Shown: piece after piece, positions 38,540 to 49,526 of the stretch
How the letters are laid out: every line of letters starts with the position of its first letter
How positions within the stretch are numbered: position 1 is the first letter of the stretch
Source: Pseudomonadota bacterium
Lineage (GTDB): Bacteria; Bdellovibrionota_C; UBA2361; OMII01
NCBI GenBank assembly: GCA_038134595.1
Contig: JAYPVM010000001.1
Location: forward strand, 262,299-326,298
DNA length: 64,000 bases
Direction: 5' to 3'
Notes under the pieces: model-generated
Seen by the model: only the letters and a program-made list of their open reading frames with translations
Databases searched by the model: none
What the model was told of the DNA's origin: nothing
Program-made: the position numbers and the translations under genes

Positions 38540-39922
38540 ATGGACGAGACTACGATAGCTGCACTCGCAACATCGCCAGCACCGGCTGGGGTTGCGGTGG
38601 TACGCGTTAGTGGTCAAAAGACCCGTACGGTTTTAGAGAAAGTCTTTAAGGGGAGGAAAAGTCCTGAGAGCCGAGCGCGAGAGCTCGTGTTTGGGGATTT
38701 CCTAGATGCGCCATCTGGTGAGCGTATCGATACGGGACTTGCTGTTTTTATGCCGGGGCCAGCAAGCTTTACAGGCGAGGACGTTGCTGAGTTTCAATGT
38801 CATGGAAGCCCCGTGCTGGTAAAACAACTTCTGCGGTCTATTTATGCCTGTGGTGTTCTGCCAGCACCAGCGGGTGAATTTACGAGAAGAGCCTTTTTAA
38901 GTGGCAAAATAGATCTCACGCAAGCTGAGGCGATAGCTGACGTTGTTCATGCAAAGGGCGAAGAGGAGCTTCGATTTGCCGAGGAACAATTGCACGGAAG
39001 ATTAAGCACTGTCCTTGCTGAAATTGGGGAGCCTCTTCGGAACACGTTAGCCGAGATAGAGGCGTCGATAGACTTTCCAGAGGAGGATATTAGCCCAGAC
39101 GCTCTCAAGGTGCTCGAAGAACGAGCGCAGATTGCTATAGAGCGAATTGATAAGATGCTTGCGACATATGAGTTTGGGTCGTTGGTGCGAGATGGTGTGC
39201 GGGTTCTTTTATGTGGTAGACCCAACTCAGGTAAATCGAGCCTTTTAAATCGGTTGCTGGGAAAAGATCGAGCGATAGTATCGGACATCTCAGGAACGAC
39301 GCGTGATCTGATAGAGGACCACGCCACAATTGGTGGGCATGCGTTCATTTTTTGTGATTCGGCTGGGATTCGTGAGACGGAAGATCACGTAGAAAAAATA
39401 GGCGTTGAGCTGGCCAAGGAGCGACTCTCGTGGGCTGATATCGTTCTGTTTGTTGTTGATGCGACTGAGGATGAGCAGTTGCTTGAGGAGACTTTATCGA
39501 TGCTTTTACGCTCAAGTGCAGAGGTTTGGTTGGTGGCTAACAAGGTTGACCTATTGAGCGGAAAGGCTTGGCCATGTTCAAGACTAACAGACCGTTGTGC
39601 TCGCACGGTGATGCTTTCGGCGAAGACGGGAGAGGGTGTTGCTGATCTCATGAAGGGGCTGGTCTCTCACATTGAAACTGTTGCTCCTATAGAGGGGGAT
39701 GTTGGAGAGACGATTACAAATGAACGCCACAGAGATTGCTTGCGTCGAGCGGTAGATGCCTTGCGAGAGTGTCGGTTGTTACTTGCAACAGTGGGAGCTC
39801 CCCTGTCTATCGTTGGAACTGAACTTAGACGAGCACTTGAAGCGTTGGATGAAATCGTTGGTAAAACGTATACCGAGGATATCTTAGGTCGTATCTTCTC
39901 TAAATTTTGTATCGGTAAATAA
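38540..39922 (+). CDS. mnmE: tRNA modification GTPase MnmE
   Basis: SFTGED, GEFTRRAF, GRPNSGKSS, GTTRD, FSKFCIGK. Confidence 0.97.
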   Translation: MDETTIAALATSPAPAGVAVVRVSGQKTRTVLEKVFKGRKSPESRARELVFGDFLDAPSGERIDTGLAVFMPGPASFTGEDVAEFQCHGSPVLVKQLLRSIYACGVLPAPAGEFTRRAFLSGKIDLTQAEAIADVVHAKGEEELRFAEEQLHGRLSTVLAEIGEPLRNTLAEIEASIDFPEEDISPDALKVLEERAQIAIERIDKMLATYEFGSLVRDGVRVLLCGRPNSGKSSLLNRLLGKDRAIVSDISGTTRDLIEDHATIGGHAFIFCDSAGIRETEDHVEKIGVELAKERLSWADIVLFVVDATEDEQLLEETLSMLLRSSAEVWLVANKVDLLSGKAWPCSRLTDRCARTVMLSAKTGEGVADLMKGLVSHIETVAPIEGDVGETITNERHRDCLRRAVDALRECRLLLATVGAPLSIVGTELRRALEALDEIVGKTYTEDILGRIFSKFCIGK

Positions 39923-40104
39923 ACATCGCCTTAGCGTTTACTGGGAATGATCATGGCAAACCCATGAGAGTGCCGTAATGTTCCGTAAAGGTGTGAGTAA
40001 GCGGCATGCCATCTATTTTTGACAGCGGTGTGTGTACACCTTCTTTTCCCGCGTAGAGCTCCAATTTCGGCGCTTGTACAGGCTTATTTCGTAGATAGCA
40101 GAGT

Positions 40105-42732
40105 GTGCAAGAAACATATAATCAACGAGCCGACTCTCAAGTAATTATTGCCGCCCCTACGGGATTGTCAAGCGAAGAGGCTGATAAGCGACTTACTGTC
40201 TTTGGTAGAAACGTTCTACCGAAAGATCGCTCGAAGACGATCCTCTCTCTAGTCTTACGTCAGTTTGCAAGCCCCCTAATCTATATACTGATATTTGCGG
40301 CGATAGTGTCTTTTGCCATTGGAGAGGTTGTGGATGGAGGATTTATTGTTCTGGTATTAATGATAAATGGCACCGTTGGTATTGTTCAGGAATATATAGC
40401 ATCTCGTGCAATTGATAGGTTGCTTGTACAAGAGGCGCGGCAATCGAGGGTTATTCGAGATGGAACGATTCGAAGTGTCGATGCCACAATGATAGTTCCT
40501 GGTGATGTGTTGCTTCTGGAGGCAGGTGATTATATTGCAGCCGATCTACAATGGAATGAAGCGATTAATGTTGAAGTTGATGAATCTGTATTCTCGGGCG
40601 AAGCTATGACTGTCTCCAAGCAGCTCGGGGATAGATCGTATGCGGGCACATTTGTAACGAGGGGTCGAGGGAGCGGAACAGTCTATGCTACCGGAGTAGA
40701 AAGCCAACTCGGGATGCTTTCGAAATCGATAGGTCAGACGTCGATTCACGATCCTCCTCTCGTGATTCGAGTGAAACGGTTTGCCCAGCAAATAGGGATA
40801 CTTATTGGTGTGGGTATTGCATTTGTAGTGTTGTACGGAGCGCTTGCCCATTACGCCGTTACAGATCTCTTCCTGATGGCAGTTGGTTTGGCTGTCTCGG
40901 CAATACCAGAGGGACTTCCGGTTGCCATGTCTGTTGCCTTGGCCGTTGCCACCCGGCGAATGGCACGTAGAAACGTTATAATCCGCCGGGGAACAGCTAC
41001 AGAATCTCTCGGTTCCTGCACAGTTATTGCGACCGATAAGACTGGTACCCTGACAGAAAATAGAGTTGAACTTATTTCGTTTACAGCGCTGGAAGGAGAG
41101 AGATGTTGTACTCATCGTTGGAAGGATTATTTAGCTTCCGAACAGCTTAGTTCTGGTACGACGCATGTTAGACAATTGCTAACGACTGGACTGCTTGCCA
41201 CTGACACCGGGAATCGTCCACCTGAATTGATTACGGATCCTCTCGATCGGGCGATTGTATGGCGTTGCCATGAAGCTGGCCTTACCGATGGCATCCTCAA
41301 GAGCCGATGGGCTCCGTTAGAAATGAAGGCTTTTGATGCGACGTTTCGGTTATCGGCGGTGTCGCATTGCAATGATAGTGGGGCCCTTGTATGTGTCAAA
41401 GGAGCGTTTGAAGAGGTGCTCTCGCTGTGTTCTCCTAGTAAGAATTCGAAGAAATATCAGCCCCACGAAATTGAGGAGAGTAGCAGGCAGCTTGCTATAC
41501 AGGGAGTGCGGGTGCTGGCGTTAGCGGAAAAAAATTGCACTTCGTCTGATACGATTGATGCGTGTCTTTCGGTTGGAGGGTTTACCTTTGTTGGTCTTCT
41601 CGGATTCCAAGATCCTCTCCGAGAAGGTGTCTGTGAAGCGGTGGCTGCCTGTAAACATGCGCGAATTCATGTGGTGGTAATTACTGGCGATGATCCTCGC
41701 ACGGCGACAGCAATTGCAAGAGAAGCTGGTATTCTTGATGCCTCATCCGATGCCGTAACAACGGGAGCGGAATTGACATTGGCTGAGAGAAGGGGCGGAG
41801 AGTCCGCCTTTGATAGCGTAGTTAAAAATTCTGTCATATTCGCAAGGAGTTCACCAGCGCAGAAGTTAGCGATAGTACACTCTCTAGTGCGGCAAAAGCA
41901 CTTTGTTGCAGTAACAGGCGATGGAATTAATGATGCTCCAGCCCTACGACATGCACATGTAGGTGTAGCAATGGGCCTTCGAGGGACTGATATTGCAAAA
42001 GAGGTAGCAGATATTGTAGTCGCAGACGATAATTTTGCCTCTATTGTGGCAGGTATCCACGAAGGACGAGTGGTGTATAGCAATATTCGCAAAGTCGTCT
42101 TTATGCTTGTATCTACGGGATGTGGCGAGGTTGTTCTCTTTATTCTCAGTATCGCAAGTGGACTGCCAATGCCGCTGACTCCAGCCCAGTTGTTGTGGCT
42201 TAATCTTATCACAGAGGGAGTGCAAGATATTGCGCTCGCATTTGAAAAGTCAGAGGGGGATGAATTGAACCGTCCTCCGCGGGATCCTAAAGAACAGATT
42301 TTTGATAGTGTTATGACGAGGAGAGTCGCTACGTCAGCTGTGGTGATGGGTTTGATTAGTTTTTGTTTGTTTTATGTTGAGTACGTGCGTGAGCAGGATG
42401 TTGTATATGCTCGGAGTTTAGTGCTGACACTTTTTGTTGTTTTCGAGAATGTACAGGCGCTGCACGCTCGTTCTGAATATCGCTCGCTCCTTACGTTGCC
42501 TGTTTTATCTAATCCGTGGCTTATTCTTGGGATTATTGGTGCACAGATTTTACATCTATTAGCTCTTGTATACCCCGATGTATTCTCGGCGCTCGATGTT
42601 GTGTTGGTACATGGAGATGATTGGATTTTGATAGCGGCGAGCGCTTTTTTTGTCTGTCTCGTGATAGAGCTTGATAAATGGGCTGTAAGGAGATCGTGCA
42701 AAACGGCCGCTTTAAAACGTTCTCAGTGTTGA
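40105..42732 (+). CDS. P-type cation-transporting ATPase (P2A/Ca2+-like)
   Basis: AIPEGLP, DKTGTLT, TGD, TGDGINDAPAL. Confidence 0.93.
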   Translation: MQETYNQRADSQVIIAAPTGLSSEEADKRLTVFGRNVLPKDRSKTILSLVLRQFASPLIYILIFAAIVSFAIGEVVDGGFIVLVLMINGTVGIVQEYIASRAIDRLLVQEARQSRVIRDGTIRSVDATMIVPGDVLLLEAGDYIAADLQWNEAINVEVDESVFSGEAMTVSKQLGDRSYAGTFVTRGRGSGTVYATGVESQLGMLSKSIGQTSIHDPPLVIRVKRFAQQIGILIGVGIAFVVLYGALAHYAVTDLFLMAVGLAVSAIPEGLPVAMSVALAVATRRMARRNVIIRRGTATESLGSCTVIATDKTGTLTENRVELISFTALEGERCCTHRWKDYLASEQLSSGTTHVRQLLTTGLLATDTGNRPPELITDPLDRAIVWRCHEAGLTDGILKSRWAPLEMKAFDATFRLSAVSHCNDSGALVCVKGAFEEVLSLCSPSKNSKKYQPHEIEESSRQLAIQGVRVLALAEKNCTSSDTIDACLSVGGFTFVGLLGFQDPLREGVCEAVAACKHARIHVVVITGDDPRTATAIAREAGILDASSDAVTTGAELTLAERRGGESAFDSVVKNSVIFARSSPAQKLAIVHSLVRQKHFVAVTGDGINDAPALRHAHVGVAMGLRGTDIAKEVADIVVADDNFASIVAGIHEGRVVYSNIRKVVFMLVSTGCGEVVLFILSIASGLPMPLTPAQLLWLNLITEGVQDIALAFEKSEGDELNRPPRDPKEQIFDSVMTRRVATSAVVMGLISFCLFYVEYVREQDVVYARSLVLTLFVVFENVQALHARSEYRSLLTLPVLSNPWLILGIIGAQILHLLALVYPDVFSALDVVLVHGDDWILIAASAFFVCLVIELDKWAVRRSCKTAALKRSQC

Positions 42733-42770
42733 GTTATGAGTTCTGATTGCGGAACTTATGCTCCGGCCTG

Positions 42771-43142
42771 TTAATGCTTTTTCGCAGAGGTAGTTTTACA
42801 GCCCCCGGGCATGCGATTTACGTGGATGTCGATCAGCTTCATAGCAATCCCCTTAGTGCGCCTACTGGGGCATTGAACCGTATAGGAACGTGTGTAGTCG
42901 CGGTAACGACGCTCAACCGCAAAAGTTGTGGTCCCTCGAGGCAGAATTGTCCGTTCTCCGGGTCGCAGGCTCGCAAATGCCCCACCGCCTGATACCGTAA
43001 TTACATTGTATTCGCTGTCCAGTGAATCGTTTTTGACCAATATCTTTCCTGGTGGAACAGACTCGCTGGTGCACCCCATCGGGAGAAACGTTACTGCAAT
43101 ATAAAGCGTGGTGTGAATTATTTTTAAGATAACTTGAGTCAT
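42771..43142 (-). CDS. Putative lipoprotein, hypothetical
   Basis: Signal with PMGC lipobox-like site; two further Cys. Confidence 0.6.
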   Translation of the reverse strand: MTQVILKIIHTTLYIAVTFLPMGCTSESVPPGKILVKNDSLDSEYNVITVSGGGAFASLRPGERTILPRGTTTFAVERRYRDYTRSYTVQCPSRRTKGIAMKLIDIHVNRMPGGCKTTSAKKH

Positions 43143-43209
43143 ACAACAATACACATCTAGTTTCCAAAGATGCTACCGTGAATGACTCTTGATTGGCAAC
43201 GTCGAAGAG

Positions 43210-44430
43210 CTAGAGAAAATTTCGACTCATAAAGCTTTTGATTACAATAGCGCGGTCTGTATCTTCGCTCTCAAAGGTAAATTCTCCATCGCTCGAGCAG
43301 CTATATCGTGGATCCCATACTTTTGCTTCAGCGTAGGCATGAATTGCATAGCTATAGTGTTGTACGTCAAGGATAAAATCACTCTTATCAAAGCTGGGCT
43401 TCTTGAGCCCTCGATTGCTAATTCCACGGCGACGATTTCGGCGCCGTTTTTTTCTCCATTTTCTTAACGCGCGATTTCGCTTTCTTTCGCCGAGTTCTGA
43501 GTCGTCTGTTTCGATAGCAGACAATAAATCACTCAAGAACGTTCCTGCCTCCAAAGCGCAGCCTGATACGGTTGCCTCGCCTACTACCAGTTTTGGCGGA
43601 AATGCGTCGCTTGGAATTTGCTTTTTCTTCATGCGTTTGTACATTTTGAAGAAAAATGGCGAGAGTCGCCGGCGCATGCTCTTCAGTATGCGCTCAGAGG
43701 AGGGGCGATTTACTGAAAACGGGTCGTTGAAAACGCCTGAATGCTGGTACGCACTATAGAAATAGGAGTTGTAGGAGTACATGATATTACTGTCATCAAT
43801 CGCTGGTAACTGTCCTAGCTTGGAAGGGTCTCCATACAGCGATTTTACGATCAGGGTTTTTGACGGATTAATTGCCCGTATAGCGGCTATCGTATCTAAT
43901 AGAAGCGTGTTCCATGACCGCACACCTTCACCCATTAGACTCTTGTTCGCTGCGGGTTCATTGACGAGGTCAAAGGCAGTAATCGTCGGGTTTGAACCGT
44001 AACGGGTAATGATCTCCTCCCATTTTGCGATAAAAGCATCTTGAAGTGATGGATCTGAAAACATTTGGTAGTGAGATGGGGCTGTGCGGGTCTCGAATCC
44101 TCCTGGAGGGGAATAGAGACAGAAGATTATTGTAAGACCTTTGGATTCAATAAGGGGAAGCTTCGTATCTAATAGGGAAAATTGCTCTTCCATCATCGCA
44201 TCGTATGCAGTTCCCGTCGTTCCATCCATCTCTGTGTTGTTGCCGATCTGGATACGGAGCTCATTTGCTCTCCAATTGTTAATGATATCATCGAGTGACT
44301 CTGAAGTAATCCCCGCTAGGGGAATCTGAAAGCCCCGATACGAAGGAGTGGCGTGCGAAATATGGATTTGTGTCGCTAGGCCGAAGATTCCTACGATAAA
44401 AAACGAAAGTGCTTGAAGATGTTTTGCCAT
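43210..44430 (-). CDS. Secreted glycoside hydrolase, GH5-like
   Basis: Signal peptide; FDLVNEP acid/base motif; VVGE nucleophile candidate. Confidence 0.75.
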   Translation of the reverse strand: MAKHLQALSFFIVGIFGLATQIHISHATPSYRGFQIPLAGITSESLDDIINNWRANELRIQIGNNTEMDGTTGTAYDAMMEEQFSLLDTKLPLIESKGLTIIFCLYSPPGGFETRTAPSHYQMFSDPSLQDAFIAKWEEIITRYGSNPTITAFDLVNEPAANKSLMGEGVRSWNTLLLDTIAAIRAINPSKTLIVKSLYGDPSKLGQLPAIDDSNIMYSYNSYFYSAYQHSGVFNDPFSVNRPSSERILKSMRRRLSPFFFKMYKRMKKKQIPSDAFPPKLVVGEATVSGCALEAGTFLSDLLSAIETDDSELGERKRNRALRKWRKKRRRNRRRGISNRGLKKPSFDKSDFILDVQHYSYAIHAYAEAKVWDPRYSCSSDGEFTFESEDTDRAIVIKSFMSRNFL

Positions 44431-44573
44431 GTGGTAGGGTCCTTTGAGTTGGCGTGAAATTGTGAACGCTTCTTCAAGGATATCAAACTTGTTGTAGGTG
44501 GGAAAATCAGAAATTTCTACACGATTTTTTGTGGAGTTAAATTGAACAGAAAATTGTGTAATATGGGTCATCT

Positions 44574-45842
44574 ATGAGTCAGGATGTTTTTCAGGCAGGC
44601 TTTGCACCAGCACTTCGGTGGCCGTTATCAATTAGACATACCAAGGTTGAGCACGACGATCGGGCAGGTGGTATTGAAGAGGTAACAATAATTGGGTGTC
44701 CGATAGGCATTTCACCAACACCGCTTGTTCTTCGACGTGTCGTTGTGCCAGTGCTGGGGCTTTTAACGGGAGCGCATACCGCTGAGAGCATTGCCGAGCA
44801 GGTAAGGCAGATGGGAATTGATTCTCAGATGGTTCAAGAAGTTATTACGTTGTTAGATCAGTATCTGTTTCTTGATAATGACCGATTTCATCGTGCGGCT
44901 GCCGAGGTTAAAAGGGTTTATGGCTCGCTACGAGAGAGAGCGCCAGCATTTGCAGGGGGTATTTATCCTGCGGAACCGTTGGATGCCAAAGGTTTTTTTG
45001 ATTACTTGCTTCAGGAGGGAGAGAGTATCAAACGGCCGACCGGAAGTTTAGAATTGTTAATCGCTCCTCACATCGACTATAGGAGGGGTGGTGCGTGCTA
45101 CGGTAAGATTTATCCTGAGATAACTGGGCTCGATGCCGATCTGTGTATTCTTGTGGGTACGGCGCATCAATACAGCCCCCATATGTTTCACTTGACGAGA
45201 AAACACTTTCGAACCCCCCTCGGTGTGGCTCGTTGTGACCAGGATTTTGTATCTAATCTTGCAGGTCGTTACGGTGAGGAGCGTTCCTTTGCAGATGAGT
45301 TGCTCCATAAAGGAGAGCATTCGCTTGAGTTGCAGATTCCTTTTCTAACGAGACTTAAGCCTATGATGGAAATTGTGCCAATTTTAGTTGGTAGTTTTCA
45401 TGAGTTTGTTGTCGCTAATAGAGCTCCCAAGGAGTTCGATGTTTATAATGACTTTGTTTCGGGACTGGTTGAATCTATTCAGCGCTATCAAAAAAGCGGC
45501 CGGCGAATCTGCTTTATAGCTGGAGTCGATATGGCGCATGTTGGCCAGGAGTTTGGGGATGAGTGGGAGTTGACTGATAAAAAAATCGAGGAGATTGCGA
45601 CTAGAGATGAACAGTATCTTACGTGCATCAAGCGCCACGATCTTTCTGGATTGTTCGAACATATCGCCTCAGACCAAGATGCAAGACGCATGTGTGGATT
45701 TCCCTCGCTTTACATGATTATGGATGTACTAGAACGTCTTGGAGTCAGATATCAAGCTGGGAGTTGTTTCTATGACAAGAGCGTTGATGTAGCTTCGGGA
45801 TGTTGTGTTACCTATGCCGGCATGTCCCTTTATTCGCAGTAG
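44574..45842 (+). CDS. amrB: Memo1 / AmmeMemoRadiSam system protein B
   Basis: PAFAGGIYP, IAPHID, GTAH, EHSLELQIPF, DMAHVG, MCG. Confidence 0.88.
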   Translation: MSQDVFQAGFAPALRWPLSIRHTKVEHDDRAGGIEEVTIIGCPIGISPTPLVLRRVVVPVLGLLTGAHTAESIAEQVRQMGIDSQMVQEVITLLDQYLFLDNDRFHRAAAEVKRVYGSLRERAPAFAGGIYPAEPLDAKGFFDYLLQEGESIKRPTGSLELLIAPHIDYRRGGACYGKIYPEITGLDADLCILVGTAHQYSPHMFHLTRKHFRTPLGVARCDQDFVSNLAGRYGEERSFADELLHKGEHSLELQIPFLTRLKPMMEIVPILVGSFHEFVVANRAPKEFDVYNDFVSGLVESIQRYQKSGRRICFIAGVDMAHVGQEFGDEWELTDKKIEEIATRDEQYLTCIKRHDLSGLFEHIASDQDARRMCGFPSLYMIMDVLERLGVRYQAGSCFYDKSVDVASGCCVTYAGMSLYSQ

Positions 45843-45933
45843 TGAAAAGCACTAGTGCGTAAAGAGGCGTGAGGAAGAGAAGGTATTCTAAGGAAAAAAC
45901 CTTCTCAAAAATTGTCGACTCAAAGGTTAAACT

Positions 45934-46347
45934 TTAAAAAGTCGACTTTGCAAGAACTGGCAATCGCCAACGCCGTCTTTGTTTGGGTGGGGTAAGATAG
46001 CTCACTACTACCCAAAGAGCGGTGGAGATGCCAACAAACAAGTTGCCTGCCTGTCCTATCATGATGGGATCTCGTCCCTCGCTTGGCAAGAAAGGCACTA
46101 CTGCACCCCACAAAGAGACGCAGATAAGGAGCGCATACATTAATCCCTGTCTAATCAGGGCTTGCGCCCGCTGTCGTTGCTCCTCATTGGCATAGTGCCA
46201 GATGAGGATTAGCCGGATTGATTCTAGGGCTCCAACGAGGAGCCCAAAGCCAAAACCATGTGCTCTTGGAGCTTCTGTGGAGTAGGCTTGAAATTCAGCG
46301 ACTACTCCCAAGATACAAAGCACACCAACAATTCGTAGCGCAGCCAC
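45934..46347 (-). CDS. Hypothetical membrane protein
   Basis: About 4 hydrophobic segments; AGGAGG upstream. Confidence 0.65.
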   Translation of the reverse strand: MAALRIVGVLCILGVVAEFQAYSTEAPRAHGFGFGLLVGALESIRLILIWHYANEEQRQRAQALIRQGLMYALLICVSLWGAVVPFLPSEGRDPIMIGQAGNLFVGISTALWVVVSYLTPPKQRRRWRLPVLAKSTF

Positions 46348-46639
46348 AGCCGCCTCCTTTCATAAAAAACCCTAAAAGAGATACCTTCCTTCCTCACGCC
46401 TCTTTTATTGATTTTTATGGAATGGATAGATTAGAACAGTGATTTGATATAGACAAGTTTTTGAGGTGACTTAGCTAAATCGCTGCAAATACAGCGGGAA
46501 TTGCGATCTCTTCATTCGGTAGTTGAATACACCATTTTTCTAATGAGGTCTGTTTCCCTGAAGCGCATCCGGTAACGGAGCTGATATGGGGACAAATCGC
46601 TTGTGCTTAAAAAGTTTGTAGTAAGATGTGGTGTTAGAG

Positions 46640-46966
46640 ATGGATAATACAGAAGCAAAATCCCAAAATTTCTTTGAAAAATTTAACTGTGAAGTTGAAG
46701 CTGCCGAGGTTCAGGTGGGCACAACCTATCCACTCTATGGCATGATTACAAAAATCATCGATGATACTCCTGGAAATGTCATTGTAGAACTTAATTTTTC
46801 GATTACCGCGACGATGACTATTCCCGATAAAGAGAAAGTGGAGATGCTTAAAGAGAGAGCATTCGAGCCGGGGATTTTCGTTTCGACCGTTACCAACAAA
46901 ACTCCTCATGTTGAAGTGGATTGTAGCACCGTTGTATTTGGCAAAAGGCAGACGGCGGCTAACTAG
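46640..46966 (+). CDS. Hypothetical protein
   Basis: Clean beta-rich ORF followed by a terminator. Confidence 0.7.
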   Translation: MDNTEAKSQNFFEKFNCEVEAAEVQVGTTYPLYGMITKIIDDTPGNVIVELNFSITATMTIPDKEKVEMLKERAFEPGIFVSTVTNKTPHVEVDCSTVVFGKRQTAAN

Positions 46967-46999
46967 AATTTAATTACGCACCTCGTTACATCACATCGT

Positions 47000-47032
47000 G
47001 CCCCCAAATCATTGATGGTTTGGGGGTTTTTT
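47000..47032 (+). terminator. Intrinsic terminator
   Basis: GCCCCCAAATCA..TGGTTTGGGGGT followed by a T run. Confidence 0.8.
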
Positions 47033-47344
47033 ATTGCTCTATCGCGGACAACATGAAAGTGATTCTGCCAGAGAGAATCTTGTATACAGGAAGGATGTTA
47101 TATCATAGGTTAACGTGAAGGGATGTTGGTGTGTTATGTGATGCGGAGTTACAGGGTCTTTAATTTAATTTCGTTGCAACCTATGTTTATCAAAGAAACC
47201 TAGTGTCCATTAAAGAAACAAGTGAGGAACGACTTAGGTTAAGGTCGTATTAGTAGACGGGTTACTTCTCAATAGTGGCGCTGTTTACCAATAATGGTAT
47301 AGTGCTAGACGGAAACTGATTTTTTAAACAGCTCTCATGGAAAT

Positions 47345-47989
47345 ATGACTTCATCAGATAGTAGTAAGCAAAACCAAAGTGAACAGGGCGGGGTCTGGTA
47401 TGAGATCGTTAGCTTTTTTAAGACACTTGCAGTCATTTTTGTGCTTGCGTTTTCGATTCGTATTACGCTTGTCGAGCCATTTAAGATCCCCTCTGGCTCA
47501 ATGATTCCGACACTTCAGATAGGTGACTTTATTTTGGTACTCAAGTGTTGGTACGGAGTGCAGTTGCCGTGGGTAACGGAGTCTCCTGCGATGTGGAACA
47601 CGCCGAAGAGAGGAGATGTCGTCGTATTTACAAGGCCAGATGATCCTAACACTCCCAACGAGGATGATTCGGATATCTATCTTATAAAGCGAGTTATAGG
47701 GGTCGAGGGGGATACTGTAGAGGTGCGTGGACCGCAACTATATTTAAATGGCACGCCAACAAAAGAGTCGTATGCCCGCTGGAGTGCAGGTGGGGCTTTC
47801 GGGGGCAGTTTCGGGCCCGTGCAAATTCCCGAAGGTAGAATTCTTCTTTTGGGCGATAACAGGGACAACTCTAAGGACTCGCGATTTTGGACGGAGCCAT
47901 TTTTGGACGTTCGTAGGGTAAAAGGAAAAGCTGTCTTGGTTTTCTGGTCTTGGGACAGCCTTAAACGAATTTTTACAGCGATTCGTTAA
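47345..47989 (+). CDS. lepB: Signal peptidase I
   Basis: IPSGSMIPTL, RGDVVVF, IKRVIG, GDNRDNSKDSRFW. Confidence 0.95.
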   Translation: MTSSDSSKQNQSEQGGVWYEIVSFFKTLAVIFVLAFSIRITLVEPFKIPSGSMIPTLQIGDFILVLKCWYGVQLPWVTESPAMWNTPKRGDVVVFTRPDDPNTPNEDDSDIYLIKRVIGVEGDTVEVRGPQLYLNGTPTKESYARWSAGGAFGGSFGPVQIPEGRILLLGDNRDNSKDSRFWTEPFLDVRRVKGKAVLVFWSWDSLKRIFTAIR

Positions 47990-48852
47990 TGTGGAAGTTT
48001 CTAGGTTCATCAGTGGTGCTATCGGTTGAGGGAGCAGATGCTCGCCGATATCTTCATAATAGATTGTCTAATTCGATACGAGACCTGGCTGTTGGGGCTT
48101 CAGTTGATGCCGCAGCTCTCAATGCTAAGGGAAGGGTCGAGGCGCTCTTTGTAGTATCTTGCACGGGCGAGGAAAAGTTTTTGTTGTGCGCTGATGGTGG
48201 AGACGCTGAATTCGTACGAGATGCGCTCATGCGTTTCGCAGTTGCAGATAGGGTGGTTTGTACCGACATTTCTGAGCGAAGTGTTCGTGCTCACACCATT
48301 GATGTAATTCCAGGAAATTGTATCCCTGATGTATCTAGTAACAAGGAGCGAATCGCTGACAGCGGGTTTGATGTGGTGTGGTTTGATAGAAGTTATGCGG
48401 ATATTCGGATAATTCTAGAGGGGGCTATGGGGGCAGAAGCATCTGATCGCGAGTATTTTGTGGCGCGTTGGAATCGAGGGGTTGCCGTGTTTCCTGATGA
48501 GATAAATAGCGATATGATACTGACCGAATCGGGCATGATGAATGCTGTGTCATTCAGCAAGGGGTGCTACGTGGGGCAGGAAGTTATTGAACGAAGCGAT
48601 GCCATAGGTAAATTGCCGCGCACGCTAGAAAGGATTCGCCTAGAGCCTTCTCCTCTCGTTGAGGTTGGAGCGATTGTGTGCAAGACCGATGGAACTTCCA
48701 TAGGTAAGGCGGTAAGCTGTGCGCACGACACAGAAAGCGACGATATTCTTGTGTTTGCGATGTTGGGCACTGGCAAGTATCAACTAGGTGAGTCCATTAC
48801 CTGTGCAGATATCAGAGGTGTAGTGTTGGAGACGAAAGGAGCGACGATATGA
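47989..48852 (+). CDS. ygfZ: Folate-binding Fe/S assembly protein YgfZ
   Basis: KGCYVGQE signature. Confidence 0.88.
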   Translation: MWKFLGSSVVLSVEGADARRYLHNRLSNSIRDLAVGASVDAAALNAKGRVEALFVVSCTGEEKFLLCADGGDAEFVRDALMRFAVADRVVCTDISERSVRAHTIDVIPGNCIPDVSSNKERIADSGFDVVWFDRSYADIRIILEGAMGAEASDREYFVARWNRGVAVFPDEINSDMILTESGMMNAVSFSKGCYVGQEVIERSDAIGKLPRTLERIRLEPSPLVEVGAIVCKTDGTSIGKAVSCAHDTESDDILVFAMLGTGKYQLGESITCADIRGVVLETKGATI

Positions 48853-49523
48853 GCGAGGAGAATGTGCAAGCAGTTGTTAATTTTCTAGTGTCAAGTGGAG
48901 CTCTTCGCTTCGGAGATTTTACATTAAAGTCAGGAAGAAAGGCTCCTTATTTCATCAATACAGGAGGCTTCGATGATGGAGATAAAATTACACGTCTCGC
49001 ATCGTTTTATGCCAGTCATATCGTATCCCTTGGATTGAGTGATGTTGATGTTGTTTTCGGTCCCGCGTACAAAGGCATTCCCCTCTGTGTGGCTACTGCG
49101 ATGCAATTGAAGGCGCAGCACGATATCTCGATGGGCTTTTGCTTTAATCGCAAGGAGGCAAAGACCCGTGGTGAGGGTGGTAACTATGTTGGTAAACCAC
49201 TTGCAGAGGGAATGCGTGTTGTGCTCGTTGAAGATGTTGTCACCGCAGGAACAACGTTACGTGAAGTGGTGCCAGTCCTGACGCAAGAGGTGGGTGTTAC
49301 TGTTGCAGGGGTTGTATTGCTTGTTGATAGAGATGAGAAGGGCCCTTCGGGTGTCTCGGCCGTTGATGAGGCGCAACAGGAGCTTGGAATATCTATTTCC
49401 TCCATCGTAAATATACGCCAGATTATATCGTATCTCTCGGAGCAGAACGAATCTGGGTTTGTCATTGATAGTGAGCTCGGAGAGCGCATCTCAAGTTATC
49501 GAACAGAGTATGGAGCCTCATAG
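48849..49523 (+). CDS. pyrE: Orotate phosphoribosyltransferase
   Basis: FGDFTLKSGR, FGPAYKGIP, VEDVVTAGT. Confidence 0.95.
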   Translation: MSEENVQAVVNFLVSSGALRFGDFTLKSGRKAPYFINTGGFDDGDKITRLASFYASHIVSLGLSDVDVVFGPAYKGIPLCVATAMQLKAQHDISMGFCFNRKEAKTRGEGGNYVGKPLAEGMRVVLVEDVVTAGTTLREVVPVLTQEVGVTVAGVVLLVDRDEKGPSGVSAVDEAQQELGISISSIVNIRQIISYLSEQNESGFVIDSELGERISSYRTEYGAS

Positions 49524-49526
49524 ATA

